Shown here: piece by piece, positions 19,156 to 28,429 of the stretch
Layout of the letters: the number at the start of each line of letters is the position of its first letter
Numbering within the stretch: the first letter of the stretch is position 1
NCBI GenBank assembly: GCA_021323375.2
Contig: JAJPCT020000018.1
Span: 63,556 to 127,555 of the forward strand
Direction: 5' to 3'
From: Candidatus Wolframiiraptor gerlachensis
GTDB taxonomy: Archaea > Thermoproteota > Nitrososphaeria_A > Caldarchaeales > Wolframiiraptoraceae
DNA length: 64,000 bases
The notes under the pieces: generated by a model
The model's input: only the letters and a program-made list of their open reading frames with translations
Told to the model about the DNA's origin: nothing
Databases searched by the model: none
Position numbers and translations under genes: made by a program

Positions 19156-20644
19156 CGTTATTACTCTTATCAGCTTGTTTATTAGTATTTTTATACTTTC
19201 TCACGGACTTACTTCTTTTCTGAGAAATCATTCTCATCACTGAGAATGGTATTCCTGCTAGCATTATTGTTGCTTGGGTTTGGAAGGCCTCTGCGATGGC
19301 GTTGGTAAGGTTGCTTGCCGCGATATTTTCCCCAATGTTTGCTGTTCTCTCCATTATTATTAGCTGTGTGGCGGCTTCGTATGAAGTTGCTTGGACGAGT
19401 GATATTACTGCTATGTTTAGGCTTATCAGGAATCCTATGTTGAAGGAGAGGGTTCTTATGGCTGAGGCGACCCCCCTCCTTTCTGGTGGAACGGATGTCA
19501 TTATTGAGCTGGTGTTGGGCGAGATGAAGAGGCCCCCGCCAATGCCGAGGATTATCGTCGCGGTTATCACATGGGCTAGGCTTGTCGCGGCGCTTATCTT
19601 GGATAGCATGAGCAGGCTCGCTCCCGCGAGTAGTAGCCCTGTTGTGGTCGGCATCTCGAACCCCTTCTTATCAGATATTCGGCCGCCCACGACCCCGAAG
19701 ACTAGGAATGAGAGTTCGAAGGGTGTTATCAGTAGTCCTGTTAAGGATGCTGAGTAATTTTCCAAGACTTCGAGAAAGATTACTATTAGGGTTAATGATG
19801 CACCGAAGCCCATGGAGTAGAGGAGCTGGGCTATTATCCCTCCCGTGAATTGAAGATTCCTGAATATTGATAGGTCGAGTGCCCTGCATCTGCCACGTCG
19901 CTCATGAGCTATGAAGAGCGCGAATAGTATTGTTGCGAGGATCATGGAGAGTATTGCCTCGCTGAGCCACTGGGCGGCATTCATCATCATCGTCAAGCCC
20001 ATGGCCATGGAGAATAGGAATGATGTGAATAGCAGGAATCCGGGAATGTCGAGGCAAGTCTTCTGCGGGGGCTTATATGTTTCTCTCAGGGTTCTCATGC
20101 TCCATATGAAGGCGGCGAATCCCATGGGGACGTAGAATAGGTAGATCCATCTCCATCCCAGCATGTCTATTATAATTCCGCTTAGCGTCAGCCCTAGGAG
20201 CGCTCCTACTCTCCAAGCGATCTGGTTTACGCCGAGCCATGTCCCCAAGACGCTGCGGGGGAGATTATCCGTCAGGATTGTTACGCTAAGAGTCATTAGG
20301 AATGCAGAGCCCACCCCCTGCAGGATCCTTGATGCTATCAGCATTTGTGGGCTTAATGCTAGTCCTGATGCCAGGCCGCCGAGCGTGAAGATCAGCAAGC
20401 CCGCGTTAAAGAGCCTCACTCTGCCGAATAGGTCGGCGAGATCCCCGACAACCAGCTGTATGATTGTGGATCCTATTAGGAAGCCCTGAATTATCCATAA
20501 TGCCTCATCAAATCCTGCTCCGAGTTCATGTGCGATGATTGGGAATCCGACGAGGGCGAGTCTAACATTTAAGCCAGTTAGAAATGATGCTAGAGTTGTA
20601 ACGGATAAGACCGTTAATACCCTCCCGCGCTCAGGCCCATCCGT
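19145..20644 (-). CDS. MFS transporter (DHA2/EmrB-like); apparent start codon is ACG
   Basis: The frame is open upstream of the called GTG 20419 and encodes TM1-2 (VLTVLSVTTLASFLTGLNVRL...GDLADLFGR). A GGTGA RBS lies 6 nt before ACG at 20644. Confidence 0.8.
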   Translation of the reverse strand, partial: TDGPERGRVLTVLSVTTLASFLTGLNVRLALVGFPIIAHELGAGFDEALWIIQGFLIGSTIIQLVVGDLADLFGRVRLFNAGLLIFTLGGLASGLALSPQMLIASRILQGVGSAFLMTLSVTILTDNLPRSVLGTWLGVNQIAWRVGALLGLTLSGIIIDMLGWRWIYLFYVPMGFAAFIWSMRTLRETYKPPQKTCLDIPGFLLFTSFLFSMAMGLTMMMNAAQWLSEAILSMILATILFALFIAHERRGRCRALDLSIFRNLQFTGGIIAQLLYSMGFGASLTLIVIFLEVLENYSASLTGLLITPFELSFLVFGVVGGRISDKKGFEMPTTTGLLLAGASLLMLSKISAATSLAHVITATIILGIGGGLFISPNTSSIMTSVPPERRGVASAIRTLSFNIGFLISLNIAVISLVQATSYEAATQLIIMERTANIGENIAASNLTNAIAEAFQTQATIMLAGIPFSVMRMISQKRSKSVRKYKNTNKQADKSNNDEF

Positions 20645-20766
20645 CCCTACTCACCTTATGCTTGCCAGTTAGGAATCGCGGTTACATCTTATACTATAAG
20701 CCTTGCCGAGATCAATAGCAACCCTCCTAACATCATTTTTCAGAAATGCGGCTCAGAGGCTACGGG

Positions 20767-21093
20767 TTATTGCCCGGCGTCTTTCTTCCTTTTCCTAGCA
20801 TGATACTCGATGGATGCTATCTCCTTCTCCGTCTCCTCTATGATTCTGCTAGGCCTGCTTGCCAGGTAATGAAAGGCTAGGCCGATGCCCCATCCCGCGA
20901 GGATGAAGGGGAACCATAAGGAGCCAGGGCTTGTCCAAAGGTTGATGAAGATGAGGAAGGCATTCACGATTACGTATGCTGCGAGATGGCTGACGAAACC
21001 TCTTCTAGCCTCGGTCACCCGAAGCTCCTTTAAGGCCTCCTTGAAATTCTCGAGAGATATCTCTTCACCCATCTTCTTGCGAGCGTTAATCAT
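20767..21093 (-). CDS. 2TM domain-containing membrane protein
   Basis: GFVSHLAAYVIVNAFLIFINL...WFPFILAGWGIGLAFH matches the 2TM pattern. Confidence 0.8.
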   Translation of the reverse strand: MINARKKMGEEISLENFKEALKELRVTEARRGFVSHLAAYVIVNAFLIFINLWTSPGSLWFPFILAGWGIGLAFHYLASRPSRIIEETEKEIASIEYHARKRKKDAGQ

Positions 21094-21456
21094 GGATCAT
21101 GGTATATAAGCTTTCACGAGCATCAGTCTTGCTCCGCTCGACCTCGACGGCTGTTCCATATGATGAGACTAGAACTACGGTCTGGAACACTTCCGTGGTC
21201 CCGAAGTCTATTCCCACGACGGCGTTCGCGCCGAGCTTTCTAGCCTCTTCAACAATCCTTCTTAAAACCTCCTCCTGGCCTTCTGCATCTCCTTGGTGAT
21301 TGCTGAGACCTCTCAGCCAAAGGCCGTCTGTATGCTGGCTATAAACCCGCCACCAACACCGCGAGTCCTCGCTGTCATCCCATGAACCACCCCGAGAATC
21401 CTCTTAACCCTATAACCCAGAATACTCGGCGTCATAACGAGAATCACTTCGCTCAT
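21086..21456 (-). pseudogene. YbjQ/UPF0145 heavy-metal-binding family pseudogene
   Basis: MSEVILVMTPSILGYRVKRILGVVHG...AFG*EVSAITKEMQKAR, then a frameshift, then EEVLRRIVEEARKLGANAVVGIDF...SSYGTAV. TGA at 21313-21315 and frameshift near 21275. Confidence 0.85.
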
Positions 21457-21549
21457 GATCCTTCACAGCTCATGGATGATGATCGGATATAGCCTTTTTT
21501 CCATGATTAGGAAAAATCTAAACTCGGGGCTATGCCTTAGTCACATGGA

Positions 21550-22794
21550 ATGAGCAGGGTTCTCCTAATTCCTGTCGCATCTCCACTACATGATCCAGCG
21601 GCCGTGAGAAGGATCCTTGAGGAGTATCGCAACTGTTTGCAGGGGGAGGTTGATGAGATTCTCCCACTGATTACCGAGAAGAAGCAGTTGGATGGACTCA
21701 AGTCCATTAGGGACAGCCTGGCCGTGGTCGTCCCGCTGACGGGCGGCACAGAACACGTGATTCAAGCGATCTTTGAGCTTGTTGGCGAGCAGGGCTTCCT
21801 CCTCCTATCCCCCAGCCCCATGATGAATAGCCTTCCAGCAGCCTTAGAGGCATTCTCAGCCCTGAGAAGCTCTGGGAGAGCATGGATTGTCGCCGAGTGG
21901 CCTCCCGGCGCGAGAATACGGAGATTCATGAAGGCCTGGAGGGCGATTCAAGGAATTAGGAGCATGAAGATCGGGCTTATCGGGGAACCATCTCCATGGC
22001 TCATATACAGCTCCGGGCCCCCCGTCAAGGAGGGCTTAATGAGTATGTTTGAGAGCTTAAGGCTCATCAGGCTCGGCCTCGAGGAGCTCTACAGCGAGAT
22101 GGATAAGCCTCTTGATGATTACTTGGTTGATGAGGTGGCGGGGAGGGCGCTCTCCCTCAGGGTTCCCCGAGGAGATGTTGAGAGGGCCATGAGAGTATAT
22201 TTGGCGTTGAGGAGGCTTTTCGAGGAGTATCGACTGGATGCTGTCTCGATCAGATGCTTCGACTTAATCGGGCGCGTTGATACGACGGCATGCCTCGCCG
22301 CATCACTTCTCAATAGCGAGCTGAGGATTGTCGGGTGCGAGGGGGATCTGCCGGCGCTCATAACCATGCTGCTTTTCTCCAAGCTCACGGGCTCATCCTC
22401 CTTCATGGGAAACATTACGTGGATCGAGGATAATATCATCACAATCGCCCACTGCTCAGCCCCCATATCCATGCTCAGAGGATTCGAACTCGACACGCAT
22501 TACGAGTCCGGGAGAGGTGTGGGGGTAAAGGGATGGTTTGATGAGGGTCATCCAGTTACTTTGGGGAGGCTCGACCCCCTAACAAGAACCCTTAGATACA
22601 TGGTTGGCGTGGTGCTGGAGACTGCTCCCAGCGAAGGTGCGTGTAGGACTCAGCTCAGGGTGAGGGTTTCGGGGAGTACCCGCGTAATCATCGAGGAGGC
22701 AATCGGCAACCACTATGTGATCGTGCTGGCCGACCTATCCGAGGAGCTGAGATACGTGGCGCGAATATTAAACGTAAAGTTGGATGGGACATAA
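21550..22794 (+). CDS. L-fucose/L-arabinose isomerase-related protein
   Basis: LTGGTE, NSLPAALE, SIRCFDL, GCEGD, AHC and THYESG..G motifs of the FucI-like family. Confidence 0.75.
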   Translation: MSRVLLIPVASPLHDPAAVRRILEEYRNCLQGEVDEILPLITEKKQLDGLKSIRDSLAVVVPLTGGTEHVIQAIFELVGEQGFLLLSPSPMMNSLPAALEAFSALRSSGRAWIVAEWPPGARIRRFMKAWRAIQGIRSMKIGLIGEPSPWLIYSSGPPVKEGLMSMFESLRLIRLGLEELYSEMDKPLDDYLVDEVAGRALSLRVPRGDVERAMRVYLALRRLFEEYRLDAVSIRCFDLIGRVDTTACLAASLLNSELRIVGCEGDLPALITMLLFSKLTGSSSFMGNITWIEDNIITIAHCSAPISMLRGFELDTHYESGRGVGVKGWFDEGHPVTLGRLDPLTRTLRYMVGVVLETAPSEGACRTQLRVRVSGSTRVIIEEAIGNHYVIVLADLSEELRYVARILNVKLDGT

Positions 22795-22864
22795 GAGTGG
22801 GGATATGCCAATAAGATCTTCTGCGTAGAGCTTGAAAAGTTACCACATTATTCTTCACATCCTT

Positions 22865-23794
22865 CTAGGATTTCTCGAATCTTCTTCTTAGCTCCATAAT
22901 TAGCTCCTCTAGGCTTGTGTACGTATCTTTTCTTAGCTGTTTTAGTATGACGCTTGCCGGGACCCGTGTCTTAGGATCTATGTCTATCAGCTTCCACCCA
23001 TGCATTTTGATGAGCTCCTGCTTTGTCGCCGGGAATCTTGCGCCCCTCAGGACCTCCTCAAGCGAGTCTATTCCGAACTTTGATGTGACGGGTGGAAGCT
23101 CGCCCCTCTTCAGGAACTTCTCCATTCTCGCTGCATCGAGATACATCGCTATCCCATGGAAGCTCAGGTATACCTTCTTGGATTTCCTCCTCTCAGCCCT
23201 CTCCCTGATCTCCTTTAAGTCCTCATCCGTGAGCTGGTATATGTTATGCTCACCCTTCCCAAATATCCTGCTATAAGCTATCTCCTCATCATCATATGGT
23301 GGATCCTCCCTCGAGTAGTCCGCGACAGGTATAATGTTCATGCTCTTTAGGGCTTCTATGGTTTCAGTTGAGCCCGCCGCCCACCCGCATCTGGGCTCGA
23401 GGACGAGCCTGACATCCCCCAGATCCACATGATCGAGGATCCTTGAGAGGTTTATCTCGATCTCCTTGAGATTCATGCTTCTCGGGACCTCCAGCACTAT
23501 TATCCTCGATCCCAGTATCCTGCATAGTTCTAGGTGCTTCTCCAGCAGCTCTATAAGTTGACTTGATGGTGTAAGCCTCCACTTATGGGTGATGAGCCTA
23601 TTGGCCTTTATCGAGAACTCGAAGCTGCTTGGAACCCTCCTTCTCCATGAGGCGACGATCTCGATCTTCGGGAGGCTGTAGAACGTGGAATTCACCTCGA
23701 CGAATCTAAATGCTAGAGAGTAGAGTTTCAATGGATCCTCGCCCAGCGCCTGGAAATAGCTCCAACCACCACATCCAATGATTATCTCTGCCAT
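22865..23794 (-). CDS. DUF72 family protein with a C-terminal DUF2795-like domain
   Basis: IGCGGWSY, VEVNSTFY and FSIKANRLITH motifs; C-terminal LRGARFPATKQELI. Confidence 0.82.
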   Translation of the reverse strand: MAEIIIGCGGWSYFQALGEDPLKLYSLAFRFVEVNSTFYSLPKIEIVASWRRRVPSSFEFSIKANRLITHKWRLTPSSQLIELLEKHLELCRILGSRIIVLEVPRSMNLKEIEINLSRILDHVDLGDVRLVLEPRCGWAAGSTETIEALKSMNIIPVADYSREDPPYDDEEIAYSRIFGKGEHNIYQLTDEDLKEIRERAERRKSKKVYLSFHGIAMYLDAARMEKFLKRGELPPVTSKFGIDSLEEVLRGARFPATKQELIKMHGWKLIDIDPKTRVPASVILKQLRKDTYTSLEELIMELRRRFEKS

Positions 23795-23886
23795 ACCCGG
23801 CGCATCCCGCCGGCTCTATCTAGTCAAATAAGCCTTCGGAGATTTATATTCATAGGGCTCAAGCTTCATGATGGGGCTCCCGAGGG

Positions 23887-25062
23887 TTGATTAGGATAGG
23901 GACGAGTGGGTGGAGTTATAAGGATTGGGAGGGTGTCTTCTATGAACCGGGCGAGAGCAAGCTCCAGAAGTATTGCAGGGTTTTCGACACCGTTGAGATA
24001 GACTCGACCTTCTACTCGTATCCCAGTCCGGATGTCGTGGAGAGGCTGGCCCGCCATACTCCAAGGAACTTCATATTCGCGGCCAAGATACCGTTGGTGA
24101 TAACCCATGATAAGAAGCTCGATCCAAGTAAGGGTGCTCTGAAGGATTTAAGCAGGTTCTTGGAGCTTTTGAGACCTCTTAGGGACTCGAGGAAGCTCGG
24201 CCCCCTGCTCATCCAGCTGCCGCCGAAGTTCGAGTATGAGAAGCATGCCGAGGTCCTCGAAAGGTTTCTAGCGGAGCTGCCGGGCGAATACATGTTCGCG
24301 GTCGAGTTTCGGGATGAATCATGGCTGAGGGATGATGTGATGAGGATATTATCGAGGTATAATGTTGCATACACGATCGTTGATGAGCCTCTCCTCCCGC
24401 CGGAGACGCATGTAACCGCGGACTTCGCCTACATAAGATGGCATGGTAGGGGGAGGAGCCCATGGTACTATTATCATTATAGCAGGGAGGAGCTGGAGGC
24501 GTGGAAGCCCAAGATAATCGAGGTATCAGGGAGGGTGAAGAGCGTCTACGGGTACTTTAACAACCACTTCAAGGGGTATGCTGTTCATAACGCATTACAA
24601 GTGCTTGAGATCCTTGGCGTGATAACCCCGGCTCAGAGGAGGGTTCTCGAGGAGGTGGAGAGGAATCTGAGGCATGGTGTTATGGAGCAGCCCAAGCTAT
24701 CACAGATCCTCCCGCCGGAGAAGATCCCGGATAACGTTGAGGACATGTTGAAGCTCCTGACGAATCAGGCTAGGCTCAGGAGGGCTAAGGAGATAGGCGG
24801 CGGGGAGATAGAGGTTCTTGAGAGGACGGAGAGCACGTTGTCGGCGAGGGTTAAAGAATATAGAGTTTTCATAGACCTGGAGAGGAGGATGATCATCCAT
24901 GATTGCGCTGACTGGGCGAGGGTCAAGGATGTGCTGAGCTTCTGTAAGCATCTAGCAGCCCTAATGCTCAGGCTCGAGCCAGATTACTCGAAGAGGATCC
25001 TGAGGGAGATACTGATGGATAGGGCTTCATGGACTTTCGCCGATTATCTAGATTCCTCCTAA
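23887..25062 (+). CDS. DUF72 family protein with a C-terminal SWIM-type zinc finger
   Basis: IGTSGWSY, VEIDSTFY, LIQLPP, YIRWHG and YFNNH motifs; C-terminal HDC..W....FCKH. Confidence 0.88.
   Translation: MIRIGTSGWSYKDWEGVFYEPGESKLQKYCRVFDTVEIDSTFYSYPSPDVVERLARHTPRNFIFAAKIPLVITHDKKLDPSKGALKDLSRFLELLRPLRDSRKLGPLLIQLPPKFEYEKHAEVLERFLAELPGEYMFAVEFRDESWLRDDVMRILSRYNVAYTIVDEPLLPPETHVTADFAYIRWHGRGRSPWYYYHYSREELEAWKPKIIEVSGRVKSVYGYFNNHFKGYAVHNALQVLEILGVITPAQRRVLEEVERNLRHGVMEQPKLSQILPPEKIPDNVEDMLKLLTNQARLRRAKEIGGGEIEVLERTESTLSARVKEYRVFIDLERRMIIHDCADWARVKDVLSFCKHLAALMLRLEPDYSKRILREILMDRASWTFADYLDSS
24988..25062 (+). repeat. Copy 1 of a degenerate ~75-bp direct repeat (3' end of the DUF72-SWIM gene)
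   Basis: Encodes SKRILREILMDRASWTFADYLDSS; matches 26605-26682. Confidence 0.8.
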
Positions 25063-25110
25063 GCCCTAAATGCTTAATGAGGACTAGAGTGATATCTATG
25101 GTGTGGGAGC

Positions 25111-25506
25111 TTGAGCGAGGATGTTGAGCAGGCTCTAAGAGATCTTCTAAGGTCGGTTGATAAGGGAATCATCGAGAGAACCGCAGCTGATATCCTGAAG
25201 GCTCTTCTCCTCCTCTATGGCTCTGCTTGGGAGGGCGACTTGATGGATACATTGGCCGGTTTATGGAGTGTTAGGGGGATGGGGTTGAAGGAAATGGGAG
25301 AGGCCGAGGCGGCTGTACCCGAGGCTGAGAAGCTCCTTGTGGAGAAAGGGCTGATAAGGGTTGAGAAGAGGTATAGGGCTGATCTCGGCGAGAGCGGCCC
25401 CATATTGGAAAAATTCATCTCGACAGATCACCTACTCCTATTGATGAGGGTGTTTAGCGGGGATATCGAGCTGGATAGATACAGGTATCAGATGATGCAG
25501 GGCTAG
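25111..25506 (+). CDS. Hypothetical protein, possibly winged-helix
   Basis: 131-aa ORF with typical codon usage. LVEKGLIRVEKR resembles a wHTH wing. Confidence 0.65.
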   Translation: MSEDVEQALRDLLRSVDKGIIERTAADILKALLLLYGSAWEGDLMDTLAGLWSVRGMGLKEMGEAEAAVPEAEKLLVEKGLIRVEKRYRADLGESGPILEKFISTDHLLLLMRVFSGDIELDRYRYQMMQG

Positions 25507-25559
25507 AGTACTGGTGGTAAGGCTTATTCGATTCTCGAGCATCTCTTATTTTTCGGGAT

Positions 25560-26030
25560 ATGAGACTCTATCTCGTCCAGCATGGTGAGGCGAGGCGCGA
25601 GGAAGAGGACCCATCTAGGCCGCTGACGGAGGGTGGGAGGATCGAGGTTGAACGTGTCGCGGAGTTCCTAGCGAGGGCTGGCGTGAAGGTTGATAGAATT
25701 CTTCATAGCGGGAGGCTTAGAGCGGCTCAGACGGCGGAGATACTCGCGAGACATTTAAGGCCATCTAAGGGTGTGGAGGGCGCTGAGGGGCTTGACCCAC
25801 TCGCGGATCCAAGTATATGGGCTGGGAGGCTTAGAGAGGTGGATGAGGACTTGATGATAGTCGGCCACCTGCCACATCTCGCCAAGCTCGCAAGCCTGCT
25901 CACATTTGGAAACCCTGAACCCCAGATCATCGAATTCAGATATGGAGGGGTCGTATGCCTTGAGAGGAAGGCCAGCGGCTCATGGAGCATCCTGTGGATA
26001 ATCAGGCCCGATATAATCCCGAGCAGGTAA
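25560..26030 (+). CDS. sixA: Phosphohistidine phosphatase SixA
   Basis: LYLVQHGEA, RPLT, HSGRLRAAQTA and IVGHLPHL motifs. Confidence 0.88.
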   Translation: MRLYLVQHGEARREEEDPSRPLTEGGRIEVERVAEFLARAGVKVDRILHSGRLRAAQTAEILARHLRPSKGVEGAEGLDPLADPSIWAGRLREVDEDLMIVGHLPHLAKLASLLTFGNPEPQIIEFRYGGVVCLERKASGSWSILWIIRPDIIPSR

Positions 26031-26048
26031 GCCGCAAATAATTTAAAG

Positions 26049-26465
26049 GTGGGGGCGGGGAACCTATGCGGGATGGACAGGATTGAGAATATGAGGCAGC
26101 GGCTGGCGAAGATACATCTCACACTAAAGGCTCCGCCAGAGCGCATTGAGAAGATCTTGACTGAGGTTCTGGAGGCAGGGAGATCGGTTGGTCTAAGTCC
26201 CGAGAGGAGGGCTGAGGGCTATGCCCTCATACCATCACGCGAGGCAGCAGTCATAGGTCTCCCGCATCTAAGAGTTGCTATCATAAGTGATCTTCTAACA
26301 GTATGGGTTAGAGCACCGTATTCATTGGATGAGGAGAGATGTGTAATCGCGGGGATAAATGCTGGAGAGCTATACGAAATGATCCTAGCTGGAGCGATGA
26401 GGATAGCCGAAGTCATGAGAAAGCATTCTACCAGTGGAGAATTCCTCCAAATATCTTTGCCATAG
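26049..26465 (+). CDS. Hypothetical protein
   Basis: 138-aa ORF co-oriented with sixA; real start possibly ATG 26073. No recognisable motif. Confidence 0.6.
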   Translation: MGAGNLCGMDRIENMRQRLAKIHLTLKAPPERIEKILTEVLEAGRSVGLSPERRAEGYALIPSREAAVIGLPHLRVAIISDLLTVWVRAPYSLDEERCVIAGINAGELYEMILAGAMRIAEVMRKHSTSGEFLQISLP

Positions 26466-26604
26466 GCTTGGATCACTAGTCATGGCAATTGGCCGGGGAG
26501 GCTATCCAGATTCCCCGGGCTCGGGCACAAAATTCTCCAGGAAACATTTACCACATCGCAATCTCACGGATCTACAGTATTCCTTCCTGCTCAAGCAAGA
26601 TCGT

Positions 26605-26682
26605 TCAAAGCGGATCCTGAAGGAGATACTGGTAGATAGGTCTTCATGGACCTTTGCTGACTACTCCTCGGATATCTCCTAA
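26605..26682 (+). repeat. Copy 2 of the degenerate direct repeat (remnant of a DUF72-SWIM 3' end)
   Basis: Encodes SKRILKEILVDRSSWTFADYSSDIS; matches 24988-25062. Confidence 0.8.
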
Positions 26683-26824
26683 AAACCAGCCTTGTAGCTC
26701 AGGATAATCAAGCTCGGACATGGGAAGGTTGCATGCCTTGATAAAATGCAAACAATCCTTTTGTGATTAGAAGTCTGGCAGGCATTATCCTTGATTCTCC
26801 CCTCTCTAGGTCTGGAGTTTTTGA

Positions 26825-26936
26825 TGGCGCCGGGGGCGGGATTTGAACCCGCGCGGCCCCGAGGGGCCACGGGCTATCTCTCATGAAAATGTTTTAGCTC
26901 AAGGCCCGCGCCTTATCCTGGCTTGGCTACCCCGGC
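26825..26936 (-). tRNA. tRNA-Ser(TGA) with a 22-nt intron at 37/38 (26876-26897) and encoded CCA
   Basis: Acceptor stem GCCGGGG/CCCCGGC, discriminator G plus CCA, anticodon arm CGGGC-CTTGAG^A-GCCCG, long variable arm, and GGTTCAAATCC T-loop. Confidence 0.92.
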
Positions 26937-26977
26937 TCGGCCTATGCTGAATCGGCCCTAGCTTTAATCATTTCCGG

Positions 26978-28300
26978 CTATTTCGAGCCTGGTTCCCAGC
27001 TTCTCAGGTAGTTGATCTGCTCTGGGGTGAGCTCCTCGACCTCGGCTCCCATGGATTCTAGCTTGAGTTTTGCGACGAGTTCATCGAGCTCCCTCGGCAC
27101 GTTTAGGACGTCTATCGGGAGTTTTCCCCGGTTTCTCGCGAGGTATTCCGCTGATAGGGCTTGTAGGCTGAAAGACATATCCATCACATCGCTTGGATGG
27201 CCCTCTGCACAGACGAGATTCACGAGCCTGCCCTCGCCCAGTAGATAGAGCCTCCTACCATCCTCAAGAACATACATATCTATGCATGGCAGTATCCTCT
27301 CCCTTTTAATGCTCATGGCCTCGAGATCCCTCTTGTCTATCTCGACATCAAAGTGGCCGGCGTTCGCTAGGATCGCGCCATCCCTCATGAGTTTGAAATG
27401 TTCTCTCCTTATCACCGAGATGTTGCCGGTCGCGGTTATGAAGAGCTCGCCGTGCGCCGCCGCCTTCTTCATGCTCTCGACCGCGAATCCTTCCATGAGC
27501 GCTCTCAGTGCTCTTATCGGGTTTGCCTCGACCACGGTTACCCTCGCGCCCATCCCCCTGAGCCTCTGAGCTATCCCGGAGCCAACATTCCCGTAACCGA
27601 CCACGACGACATCCCTCCCTGCGAGGAGCATCCCCGTCGCCCTGATAACGCCGTCAAGAGCAGACTGGCCCGTGCCGATCGGGTTATCAAAGAGCTTCTT
27701 CGACTCCGCGTCATTCACCGCGATCACAGGGTAGAGGAGCTTCCCATCCCTCGCGAGAGCCCTCAGTCTGAGGACGCCTGTCGTCGTCTCCTCGCATCCA
27801 CCAATCATCCGGCCTAAAAGCTCCCTAACATCGAGATCCCCGATTATGGGCCTCACATACTTGAGCTCCTCGGACTCGATACCATAATAGAGCTTATGGA
27901 TCGTGGAGATAAGATCGGCGCCATCATCTATCGTTATCTGAGGCTCGTCGGCGAGGACATGGCCTATACACTCGTAGTATTCCCGGGTGGTCTGGCCCCT
28001 GAAGGCGTAGACCCTAGTCCCGCGAGCGGCGAGCGCCGCCGCGACATCATCCTGCGTGCTCATGGGGTTCGAGGCGCAGATGCTCACCTCGGCCCCACCC
28101 TCCTCAAGAACCTCGACAAGAATCGCGGTCTCAGTCGTGACATGGAGGCAGGCTCCAATCCTCACACCGTTTAGCGGCTTCTCCCTCCTAAACCTCTCAA
28201 GGATCCTCATGAGAACCGGAGTGAAATTCTTCGTCCACTCAATCCTCCTCTCACCAACCTCGGCCAGGCTCGGATCCCTAATCCAGCTCGTTCCCCTCAT
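26978..28300 (-). CDS. ahcY: Adenosylhomocysteinase
   Basis: CLHVT, SNPMSTQD, DDGAD, EETTTG, NAGHFDVEID and GHPSDVMDMSF motifs. Confidence 0.96.
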   Translation of the reverse strand: MRGTSWIRDPSLAEVGERRIEWTKNFTPVLMRILERFRREKPLNGVRIGACLHVTTETAILVEVLEEGGAEVSICASNPMSTQDDVAAALAARGTRVYAFRGQTTREYYECIGHVLADEPQITIDDGADLISTIHKLYYGIESEELKYVRPIIGDLDVRELLGRMIGGCEETTTGVLRLRALARDGKLLYPVIAVNDAESKKLFDNPIGTGQSALDGVIRATGMLLAGRDVVVVGYGNVGSGIAQRLRGMGARVTVVEANPIRALRALMEGFAVESMKKAAAHGELFITATGNISVIRREHFKLMRDGAILANAGHFDVEIDKRDLEAMSIKRERILPCIDMYVLEDGRRLYLLGEGRLVNLVCAEGHPSDVMDMSFSLQALSAEYLARNRGKLPIDVLNVPRELDELVAKLKLESMGAEVEELTPEQINYLRSWEPGSK

Positions 28301-28429
28301 CGGCGCTATACAGCAATTCTCGGGGAATTAAGCCTTAGATCTAAAAGCCCGCCAGCGGCCGAGAATAACTAGTGGATAGCAAAGTGCTGGTTTATTAGCT
28401 GCCGAGCCTCAGGTAGGCTCGCTGAGAGG

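Noticed and set aside
20700-20766. Possible C/D sRNA on the minus strand (CTGA...CTGA-AAA-ATGATGT...TTGA)
   Set aside because: No upstream box C, and the remaining boxes are degenerate.
2115-21315. Genome-wide UGA reassignment or selenocysteine, suggested by three in-frame TGAs (regulator, oppA, ybjQ)
   Set aside because: The expected residues differ (Trp in oppA, Gly in ybjQ). oppA also has a TAA and ybjQ a frameshift. Many intact genes (thermosome, rpoK, rtcA, hydB) end properly at TGA.
26434-26870. ORFs 26434-26682 and 26679-26870 as real genes
   Set aside because: The first is a decayed remnant containing the repeat; the second starts inside the tRNA.
26825-26936. tRNA as a UGA suppressor or tRNA-Sec (the intron contains TTCA)
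   Set aside because: The canonical fold gives anticodon TGA, which reads UCA (Ser), with a 7-bp acceptor stem. No plausible splice places TCA in the anticodon.
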